This document shows, one piece after another, positions 44,487-51,369 of a stretch of DNA of 52,977 nt. Both the position numbers and the translations under genes were made by a program. The DNA comes from a virus. Its lineage: Duplodnaviria; Caudoviricetes. The notes beneath the pieces were generated by a model. The model saw only the letters and a program-made list of their open reading frames with translations, ran no database searches and was not told the DNA's origin. The stretch spans positions 1-52,977 of IMG/VR virus record IMGVR_UViG_3300020438_000057; one strand, given 5' to 3'. Positions within the stretch are counted from its first letter, which is position 1. Every line of letters starts with the position of its first letter.

Positions 44487-44858
44487 TTACTTCAAATATA
44501 AAGGGCCCGTCCATCTTATATGATAACCACCATCGAGAACATTTCCTCGAGCGGCATTTCTAGCAGGTGCATTATACCCTGCGGCCATCAAGATGTCGCC
44601 TTTCTTGAACTTTTTATCAGTGTCAGTAGCGACAACGAAACCCCAACATTGGTGACGATTTAATATTTTGGCATACTTAGAGCCTTTCTTAACAACGAAA
44701 CCATCATTAAACTCAGTAATCATTCTCTTGTTAACGTCTGACAATTCTTTGGCACCACCTCGGGTAGTCCAATCAACATAATCGCTTTTAGCGATATCAA
44801 GCATAGACTCAATACCTTTGTCTAAATCTAAAGCTTTATTTTCTACTGCTAATGTCAT
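44487..44858 (-). CDS. conserved marine-phage early protein
   Basis: GSKYAKI...WGFVV...FKKGDILMAAGYNAPARNAARGNV...WTGPLYL. Confidence 0.8.
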   Translation of the reverse strand: MTLAVENKALDLDKGIESMLDIAKSDYVDWTTRGGAKELSDVNKRMITEFNDGFVVKKGSKYAKILNRHQCWGFVVATDTDKKFKKGDILMAAGYNAPARNAARGNVLDGGYHIRWTGPLYLK

Positions 44859-44879
44859 AATTTCTCTCTCTCTTTTTAT

Positions 44880-44921
44880 TGACTATGCTATTAATATAGC
44901 ATATGATTCGCTTTTTGTCAA
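44880..44921 (-). promoter_or_regulatory. early promoter with TGATTCG in spacer
   Basis: TTGACA-AAAAGCGAATCATA-TGCTATATTAATAG. Confidence 0.75.
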
Positions 44922-45145
44922 CCATTAAAATAAAAATAATTAATAAAACTACAAGATATTCTTCAAGCATATTTTTATTTACAATTACAAATTCACCTAG
45001 AGGTGTTGCAACTACAATACATGCAACAAAAAAAGATACATATGCTATGGCGATATATCTCACTTTTACCAGTCTCCATATATGCAAAATCTAACAGTGA
45101 TAAAAAGTGCAATAAACATAATAACTAATAAAATTGTATCTAACA

Positions 45146-45340
45146 TTACTTTTGCTCGTTTCGTATCACAGTTACAGCGGCCCCACCAACTGCACCAGCT
45201 TCACAATTCTTAAAGAACAATTCACCAGCTAAACACCCAAGAACTGAGTTTCCTACCAACTCTTCACCATTTTTTGTCAAGTATGTAGTTTGACAACCTG
45301 AGATGAACAGTACACCTAAAATTAATAATACTTTTTTCAT
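45146..45340 (-). CDS. small lipoprotein with glycine-zipper-like helix
   Basis: Lipobox ISGC; GAVGGAA. Confidence 0.65.
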   Translation of the reverse strand: MKKVLLILGVLFISGCQTTYLTKNGEELVGNSVLGCLAGELFFKNCEAGAVGGAAVTVIRNEQK

Positions 45341-45582
45341 TTAACACTCCATTGGTTTGGTTTACCAGAAACTTGTGATAGTGATAAATCACCATGTGTT
45401 TCTTGCAAGACTTTTAATTCTTTTAGTACGGCTCTTCTGATGATATCAGATTTAGATAACATCTCCATATCAGCATACTTATCTAGTTTAGCATTCAAAG
45501 ATTTAGGAACTCTAAAAGCTACGATTTGATTTTCTATCTTACTTGGTTTCATTTTCTTATCAACTTTCCAATCAGTTCCCAA
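45337..45582 (-). CDS. ribbon-helix-helix (CopG-like) DNA-binding protein
   Basis: IVAFRVPKSLNAKLDKYADMEMLSKSDIIRRAV. Confidence 0.75.
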   Translation of the reverse strand: MGTDWKVDKKMKPSKIENQIVAFRVPKSLNAKLDKYADMEMLSKSDIIRRAVLKELKVLQETHGDLSLSQVSGKPNQWSVK

Positions 45583-45806
45583 TCGTAAGTTTTTGATAAT
45601 TCATTTGCCTCTAAAGAAGGCATACCATCTTTAATCAACTTCTTTTTCTTTTTACGATCTAACTCAAAAGACATTTCGAAACCTGTTGCTTCTTCAAGAT
45701 ACCCAATCGCATCGTGAATGTCTTCAAATTCTTTAACACCAATATTGTTATTTAGATGTGGTTTTGCTATAAACATATTATTCTCCTCAGCCTCTGTAAA
45801 AAACAT
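45549..45806 (-). CDS. hypothetical early protein
   Basis: GAGGAG before MFIAKP. Confidence 0.65.
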   Translation of the reverse strand: MFFTEAEENNMFIAKPHLNNNIGVKEFEDIHDAIGYLEEATGFEMSFELDRKKKKKLIKDGMPSLEANELSKTYDWELIGKLIRK

Positions 45807-45972
45807 CTGGCGCTTTTATGTCCCAATCAATTACTTCTTTGTCCTGCAATTGGGCGTTAAGTTCAAACTGCAAAGTTTTTGCTAAGTCAACATTTTTCTT
45901 TATTATCTCTTTAGCAAATTCTTTCATGCCATCTTCGTTTTCAAAAAAACGATATGCCTCATAATCTATCAT
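45787..45972 (-). CDS. hypothetical early protein
   Basis: AGAGAGGTT RBS before ATG at 45972 (MIDYEAY). Confidence 0.65.
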   Translation of the reverse strand: MIDYEAYRFFENEDGMKEFAKEIIKKNVDLAKTLQFELNAQLQDKEVIDWDIKAPDVFYRG

Positions 45973-45982
45973 ATTAACCTCT

Positions 45983-46186
45983 CTATATGTAGTTGCTCCA
46001 AAAGTCATTCCAATAATCTTCTACTTGGCCGAAGACATCATCTTCATCTAAGTGAGGAACTTCTTTCTTCCATAGTTTCATTGCTTCAGTAGTTGCTTCA
46101 ACAATTGTATCAGACTCTTTGATAATATCTACGACACTATCCCAGAAATTTTCTTCACAATTTAAAATGTAACTTGACATTCCCAT
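45983..46186 (-). CDS. acidic hypothetical early protein
   Basis: First gene after early promoter; WNDFWSNY. Confidence 0.7.
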   Translation of the reverse strand: MGMSSYILNCEENFWDSVVDIIKESDTIVEATTEAMKLWKKEVPHLDEDDVFGQVEDYWNDFWSNYI

Positions 46187-46203
46187 TTTTTTAACCTCTC
46201 TTT

Positions 46204-46249
46204 CGAATCACTTACTCTATTATAATAGCAGGAATACAAAATTTGTCAA
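46204..46249 (-). promoter_or_regulatory. early promoter repeat
   Basis: TTGACA-N13-TGCTATTATAATAGAGTAAGTGATTCG. Confidence 0.85.
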
Positions 46250-46533
46250 CCCCCTAAAAACTTTTTTCTTACCATCTGAACAGTGTCTTTCACTATTGTT
46301 GGGTATACACCCAAATAAGTACCAGCCTCTAAACTATCTTTGCTTATTAGCTTCTTATGATGGTGATTTATTTTATCATAACTTTCTAATAGCATTTTTG
46401 CTACAACGTCAAAAGTAGCGTCCGTTGCTATTGGTTTATCTTCCTGATAGTAAGCATAAGACATCATTAGATATAATGGCACTGTCATGTTAACATCTTC
46501 TGTTATCTTAGCTTTTATCATGGTGTCTAACAT
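46246..46533 (-). CDS. stand-alone NAD+-dependent DNA ligase domain Ia-like protein
   Basis: YLMMSYAYYQEDKPIATDATFD resembles LigA YY..D.P.ISD.EYD. Confidence 0.7.
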   Translation of the reverse strand: MLDTMIKAKITEDVNMTVPLYLMMSYAYYQEDKPIATDATFDVVAKMLLESYDKINHHHKKLISKDSLEAGTYLGVYPTIVKDTVQMVRKKFLGG

Positions 46534-46907
46534 TATGCACCTACCTTTGTGTAAGGCTTACTCCATTTACCGATGTTAATATCGATGTAGTAAGCAGTGT
46601 GAAAGTAATCTGTCATGGCATCAGACTTATCGAACCATTTAGTTCCTTTCATTGCTTTGTGCAACTCTTTAAGAAACTTCTTGACAGTTCCTGTATAGAA
46701 GTTGTCAAGATGATAAGTATTGACTTGAATGTGGCCGTCATCGCCCTTTCGAAAATATTCTGTAAAATCTAGAATACCTTCAGTTACTGTCACAACAAGT
46801 GACATATGATGACGGATAGAAATAGAGCCTTTCATACCGAAATCTTTAAGCACCTTTTTGATAGCAGGTGCGAGTTCTTTTTTGTCTTCTTGTGAAATAT
46901 AAGCCAT
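46533..46907 (-). CDS. conserved hypothetical early protein
   Basis: MAYISQEDKKELAPAIK...WFDKSDAMTDYFHTAYYIDINIGKW. Confidence 0.75.
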   Translation of the reverse strand: MAYISQEDKKELAPAIKKVLKDFGMKGSISIRHHMSLVVTVTEGILDFTEYFRKGDDGHIQVNTYHLDNFYTGTVKKFLKELHKAMKGTKWFDKSDAMTDYFHTAYYIDINIGKWSKPYTKVGA

Positions 46908-46928
46908 ATTAACCTCTCTGTTTTATTT

Positions 46929-46974
46929 CGAATCACTTACACTATTATAATAGCATATCTAGAATTAAAGTCAA
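46929..46974 (-). promoter_or_regulatory. early promoter repeat
   Basis: TTGACT-N13-TGCTATTATAATAGTGTAAGTGATTCG. Confidence 0.85.
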
Positions 46975-47219
46975 GCGATTTCTTTTAATGCTTTTTTAAG
47001 AAATCTATTAACTTTTTTAACAATTCGTCTTGCACTCTCACGACATAAACCATAATCTTTACCAATACTATCAAATGTTTTTTTAGTATCATAAGTTTTT
47101 TCACCCCAAATTAAAAAGTCACGATAAGGATCACTTCTATACATATAAGGATTTCTATTGTGTATTTTAAGAAGTCTATCAATTAAATCTTTAGCAATAA
47201 TTGTTTTTTCTAAATTCAT
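46971..47219 (-). CDS. small protein with sigma70 region 4-like HTH
   Basis: KTFDSIGKDYGLCRESARRIVKKVNRFLK resembles TLEEVG..F.VTRERIRQIE.KAL.KL. Confidence 0.65.
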   Translation of the reverse strand: MNLEKTIIAKDLIDRLLKIHNRNPYMYRSDPYRDFLIWGEKTYDTKKTFDSIGKDYGLCRESARRIVKKVNRFLKKALKEIA

Positions 47220-47234
47220 ATTTTCTCTCTCTTT

Positions 47235-47280
47235 CGAATCACTTACACTATTATAATATCAGATTGAGCCTTAAAGTCAA
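47235..47280 (-). promoter_or_regulatory. early promoter repeat
   Basis: TTGACT-N13-TGATATTATAATAGTGTAAGTGATTCG. Confidence 0.85.
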
Positions 47281-47635
47281 GCAATAATTTTTCTTGCATA
47301 TCGAAAGCTTCAATTTCATAATCTCTTTCAAGATAGTCAACATCAGTAGGAGCAAAGATATCTTGTCCTTTAACTGATTGCATTATGTGGGTAAACTCAT
47401 GAAAAATAGTAGTGATCAGATCATCTATGTCTTGACTCTTTTTGATACGTAGTGTAAAATATCTATTGTCATCTATATCAACATCAACGAAACCATCTGA
47501 TTGCATGTTGTTTTTCATTATAACATCTATCTCAAGTTTTCTAACTTTAGGTAGAAGTTGCTCTTTAGCAAAGATAAGGGCTTTGTCAATCAAGGCTCTT
47601 TCTGCTTTATTTGAATTGAAATAAGTAACTAACAT
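47243..47635 (-). CDS. zincin-like metallopeptidase domain protein
   Basis: TIFHEFTHIMQ (HExxH), YLERDYEIEA. Confidence 0.75.
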   Translation of the reverse strand: MLVTYFNSNKAERALIDKALIFAKEQLLPKVRKLEIDVIMKNNMQSDGFVDVDIDDNRYFTLRIKKSQDIDDLITTIFHEFTHIMQSVKGQDIFAPTDVDYLERDYEIEAFDMQEKLLLDFKAQSDIIIV

Positions 47636-47669
47636 ACTATTATAATAGCAGGTTAGAATAAAAAGTCAA
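47636..47669 (-). promoter_or_regulatory. early promoter repeat, leaderless
   Basis: TTGACT-N13-TGCTATTATAATAGT directly followed by ATG. Confidence 0.8.
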
Positions 47670-47869
47670 CCCTCTTGTAAGTTATTGAAAAAGCTAGGTA
47701 TTTTCCCATTGAATCCATAACCACAATTGAGTCTATCAATAAGTGATTCGTTTTGTTCTTTACTTTCAGATTTCCAGACTTTCTGATTTGTCTTAGTATC
47801 ATAGACATAGTATATGCCTTTATGTCTTTTACTAATATACTGTTTATTCTTTTTTCTAAACCATCTCAT
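47666..47869 (-). CDS. hypothetical protein
   Basis: LNCGYGFNGKIPSFF; follows gene 41. Confidence 0.7.
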   Translation of the reverse strand: MRWFRKKNKQYISKRHKGIYYVYDTKTNQKVWKSESKEQNESLIDRLNCGYGFNGKIPSFFNNLQEG

Positions 47870-49269
47870 ACTTTTAATCCCGTAAAGTCTTTTTTACCTT
47901 TTTTAATTTTAACTTCTTCTTCTACTCTTTCACCGAATTGAGTATTATCAAATACTGGCCCATCAAGGACATCACCTTGTGCAGATTGCTCTACATCGTA
48001 GAGTCGCATCTTAGCCCTATCAACACCAAGAACAAATCTTTTATATAGGGTAGGATCATTATATCTGTTCTTGAGTTGTTTCACCATTATCTGATTTAAA
48101 TCTTCAAGTTCTTCAGTAGATATAAGAGCAAACATAAAATCAGCAGTTGCAGGTAAACCAAAAGATTCAGAAGTATCTTCTAAGCCTAAATCTGAATTGG
48201 TAAAACCACTTCTTGTAGTTTGTGTTGCAGATAATATAGGAAGATTTTTTTCTACTGCAAGGCCTCTAAGTTCTTCTGCTATAGATTTTATCAAAGTATA
48301 TGAGTTTACATTTGAACCAGTCTTTATTCTATGAGACATACAAATATTTAAATAGTCAATATAGATGATATCTGGCATAAACTGCCTCTTTAATCTAAGT
48401 TCATTTAGAAGATGTCTAAAATGCCCTACATGAGCAGAGGCAGTAGGATATTCTTTTACAATTAATTTACCACTAGTTTTACCTTTTACCCTATCAATCT
48501 TTTTATCATACATCTGTTTTGGTAAATTTATTAATTCTTCTAGAGAAACATTAAGTAAGTTAGCATCTATTCTCTCTGCGATTTTTTCTTCTGCCATTTC
48601 CATAGTAATATACAGAACATTTTTACCTTCAAGCAAATTAGCTGAAGCCATATGGCACATTGCTAACGATTTACCAACGCCCGTACCAGCGAGTATAATA
48701 TTGAGCGACTTTTTAGGTAAACCACCTTTGGTAATTTTATTAAGGTAATCCAAATCGAAAGGAATACGTTCTTCAACACGGTGATAAAAATCCCAACGAC
48801 TATCACTATCATCAATAAAGTCGTGCCCAATAGAAGGATCAAAGGAAATAGACAGAGCATCAGAGAGAAGTTCTGGTATACTTCCTTTGTCTTGTTTATC
48901 TTTACCATCGATAATAGATATTGATTCCATAATTGCATTGTAAATAGCCTTTTCTTGGCAAAACTTTTCAGTTTTTTCTATTAACCATTCTTTGTCTGTA
49001 TCTGGATCTGAGTTGAGTTCAGATACTATACTAGAACATTTACTGAAGCTTTCATCTGTTATAGATGAATTATTATCAAGTTCAATTAACAATGCTTCTT
49101 TTGTTGGCAATGCATTGTATTGTGACAAATATTTATCTATCTCTTGATAAATTGATTTCTCATTTGTTTCTGAAAAATATTCTGCCTTGAGATAAGGCAG
49201 AGTTCTTCTTGCATAATCTTCTTCATTAAGAAGATGTTTAAGTACTACTAGTTCAATCCTGTTCTGCAC
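47866..49269 (-). CDS. 41: replicative DNA helicase gp41
   Basis: AGTGVGKS, ITMEMAEEKIAERIDAN, IDYLNIC, ATQTTR, SESFGLPATAD, KQLKNRY. Confidence 0.97.
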   Translation of the reverse strand: MQNRIELVVLKHLLNEEDYARRTLPYLKAEYFSETNEKSIYQEIDKYLSQYNALPTKEALLIELDNNSSITDESFSKCSSIVSELNSDPDTDKEWLIEKTEKFCQEKAIYNAIMESISIIDGKDKQDKGSIPELLSDALSISFDPSIGHDFIDDSDSRWDFYHRVEERIPFDLDYLNKITKGGLPKKSLNIILAGTGVGKSLAMCHMASANLLEGKNVLYITMEMAEEKIAERIDANLLNVSLEELINLPKQMYDKKIDRVKGKTSGKLIVKEYPTASAHVGHFRHLLNELRLKRQFMPDIIYIDYLNICMSHRIKTGSNVNSYTLIKSIAEELRGLAVEKNLPILSATQTTRSGFTNSDLGLEDTSESFGLPATADFMFALISTEELEDLNQIMVKQLKNRYNDPTLYKRFVLGVDRAKMRLYDVEQSAQGDVLDGPVFDNTQFGERVEEEVKIKKGKKDFTGLKV

Positions 49270-49570
49270 GTTCTAAATGTTCCTTTAAAAGTTTTTGTAA
49301 TATATCTCCTAGAATAGTTTTAAATTCTACAGTTGCTAAATCCAATTTATTAGGATTTTCACATATAATAAAATTAAAACTAAACTTACCTATATTGTCA
49401 CCATTCTCATCTTTTTCTTCATAAGCTTGAACAACATCATATTGTATAATCACACCTTCGTAAGGCTCATCATCTAAAACCACACAATCTTGATCACTGT
49501 GAAACATTTTATCATGTTTTTCTATAGTATGATAATTAGGTATAATTATATCATCGCCAATATTTCTCAT
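49253..49570 (-). CDS. hypothetical protein in the gp40 position
   Basis: Y.GVIIQY.VV; between uvsX and 41. Confidence 0.65.
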   Translation of the reverse strand: MRNIGDDIIIPNYHTIEKHDKMFHSDQDCVVLDDEPYEGVIIQYDVVQAYEEKDENGDNIGKFSFNFIICENPNKLDLATVEFKTILGDILQKLLKEHLERAEQD

Positions 49571-49719
49571 CTTTTTTTACCTTGGCCTCTATACTTTTTG
49601 AACCCTCTTCTTTTATGTTTGTTCATTTTGGTTAGAGATAACATACCATTACCGATAGAAGTTTTCACTTTTGTTGGTTCGTGAACTGCTATACTAAATC
49701 CTCTTGCTTTACGTGCCAT
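49567..49719 (-). CDS. 50-aa basic microprotein (not in ORF track)
   Basis: MARKARG...KTSIGNG...MNKHKRRGFKKYRGQGKKR; GGGAG RBS. Confidence 0.7.
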   Translation of the reverse strand: MARKARGFSIAVHEPTKVKTSIGNGMLSLTKMNKHKRRGFKKYRGQGKKR

Positions 49720-49877
49720 TATTTACTCCCATCAATTTGTTCTTTGACTTCTTGAACTCTATCTTTCAATACACTTATCGCAGTGTGTATATGTCCAGTA
49801 TCATGAGGTTGAAGTTTCTTTTCTAATATACTTATTTCTTCCATTAAAAAAATCAATCTATCAGTATCTTTAGCCAT
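49719..49877 (-). CDS. 52-aa hypothetical protein (not in ORF track)
   Basis: MAKDTDRLIFLMEEI...QPHDTGHIHTAISVLKDRV; overlaps neighbours. Confidence 0.7.
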   Translation of the reverse strand: MAKDTDRLIFLMEEISILEKKLQPHDTGHIHTAISVLKDRVQEVKEQIDGSK

Positions 49878-50067
49878 TATGCATCTTTCTTATTATATCA
49901 ACATCTTCTTCATCAATTAAATCACCACAACCACAACGAGTAGGATATTCTAAATTAACAACATCATCTTCCCACATACACCAGTGTTGCCAATATACTT
50001 TATCACCCTCAATGTAGGCTGTCTTCTGTCCCCTCGTCAACTGAAAGTTCATTGGTAGGTTCGCCAT
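49870..50067 (-). CDS. hypothetical protein
   Basis: AAGGAG RBS; WQHWC...CGCG. Confidence 0.6.
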   Translation of the reverse strand: MANLPMNFQLTRGQKTAYIEGDKVYWQHWCMWEDDVVNLEYPTRCGCGDLIDEEDVDIIRKMHNG

Positions 50068-51061
50068 AGAGAAACTCCTTCTTTGCTACTTCTTCTAGTT
50101 TTGTCATTATGTCTTCAGTAAAATACTTCTCAGGATCTTGATTGATAGTTTTACCAAAAACTTTTGTACCATCAGGCATTTCATATCTCGTTGAAACTTT
50201 CTTGATGATTTCATACTTCTCTGCTAAATCTAATAGTCCATAATATCTATCTAGTCCAGTTGAGTAAGATAGTTTTACTTCTACTCTTTTATTCTCTTGA
50301 GTAAATCTAGATTTAGCCATTTGTACTTTTACTATGTTACCAATTACATCAGTGCCATCTTTATCTTTTTTCTTAGATAGCATTGCGATAGATGATGATG
50401 CATACTTTAGTCCAGCACCACCAGACATTTCTTTCATAGGTATGTATGCACCAACCACATCGTACACATGATTAGTAACAAGAAGAGGTACTTTTGCTTT
50501 TGCAAGTTTCAGAGATAACACTCTAAAGGTACCACGTAGCAATTGTGCTTTTGTCATGTCTCTTGCTGGTTTACCAGACTCGACATCTTCTAATTCTTTT
50601 GCTGACGATAGTTGTCCTAATGAGTCAAGTACCATCATCATTGGTGGAGCATCTTTATGTTCCATATAGTTTGTTAGCATCTTTACTGCACTTGTACGAA
50701 AGTCTTCGATAGACTCTGGTTCTGCAATAGATACTCTTGATACATCGATGCCTCTAGAAGACATCATATCTTTTGTTACTGCGGCCTCTGTATCAAAATA
50801 GATAACACCACCAGTTTCATTATCTTCTAAAAATTGTTTGATAACGCCTAGAACGAAAAAGGTTTTCCCAGTTGCTGACTCACCGGCAAATGCGGTTATT
50901 TTATTATTAGGAACACCACCATACAAACTACCACTAAGTACTGCATTCATAATATAAGAACCAGTATCTATTGTACCAGTAAATTCAGAAGAGTTACCAC
51001 CATCAGCTAATATATTAGTGTTGTCGATACCCTTTATTACATTACTTAAAAAACTATTCAT
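50009..51061 (-). CDS. uvsX: RecA-like recombinase UvsX
   Basis: IDTGSY, AGESATGKTF, FDTE, LDSLG, RDMTKAQ, GGAGLKYASS. Confidence 0.96.
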   Translation of the reverse strand: MNSFLSNVIKGIDNTNILADGGNSSEFTGTIDTGSYIMNAVLSGSLYGGVPNNKITAFAGESATGKTFFVLGVIKQFLEDNETGGVIYFDTEAAVTKDMMSSRGIDVSRVSIAEPESIEDFRTSAVKMLTNYMEHKDAPPMMMVLDSLGQLSSAKELEDVESGKPARDMTKAQLLRGTFRVLSLKLAKAKVPLLVTNHVYDVVGAYIPMKEMSGGAGLKYASSSIAMLSKKKDKDGTDVIGNIVKVQMAKSRFTQENKRVEVKLSYSTGLDRYYGLLDLAEKYEIIKKVSTRYEMPDGTKVFGKTINQDPEKYFTEDIMTKLEEVAKKEFLYGEPTNELSVDEGTEDSLH

Positions 51062-51369
51062 TTATTATATACCTCATCTAGTTTATCAGAAAATTCTTCT
51101 ATCTTTTTACTTCTTAGTTTACCTGGCCAATGAATATAATCTTTCTCTGGATTCTTCGCAAGATTATTTAACAAAGGTTTAATCATGTTATATAGAGTAT
51201 CGCATTTTTCTTGTGTTTTGTCAAGTCCAGATTTATTAAGCACTGCTTCATCTTGGGCTAGTTGTACTACTTCTAATTCTTGTTCTGTAACGGCTGTAAA
51301 GCCAAAATCAAAATCTAAATCACTCATGAAAAAAAGTCCTCCAGTGTTGCACGTTTCTCTGATGCCCAA
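51058..51369 (-). CDS. conserved hypothetical protein (start probably MSDLDFDFGF)
   Basis: FDFGFTAV...PLLNNLAKNPEKDYIHWP; GGAGG RBS. Confidence 0.75.
   Translation of the reverse strand: MGIRETCNTGGLFFMSDLDFDFGFTAVTEQELEVVQLAQDEAVLNKSGLDKTQEKCDTLYNMIKPLLNNLAKNPEKDYIHWPGKLRSKKIEEFSDKLDEVYNK

Noticed and set aside
44836-45087. 83-aa hydrophobic minus-strand ORF as annotated
   Set aside because: It runs through the early promoter and RBS of the next gene; a membrane ORF may exist here but its boundaries are not supportable
16108-47669. CRISPR array from the recurring GAATCACTTACACTATTATAATAGCA repeat
   Set aside because: Copies are hundreds of bases apart, separated by whole genes, and contain -35/-10 boxes; they are promoters, and no cas genes are present
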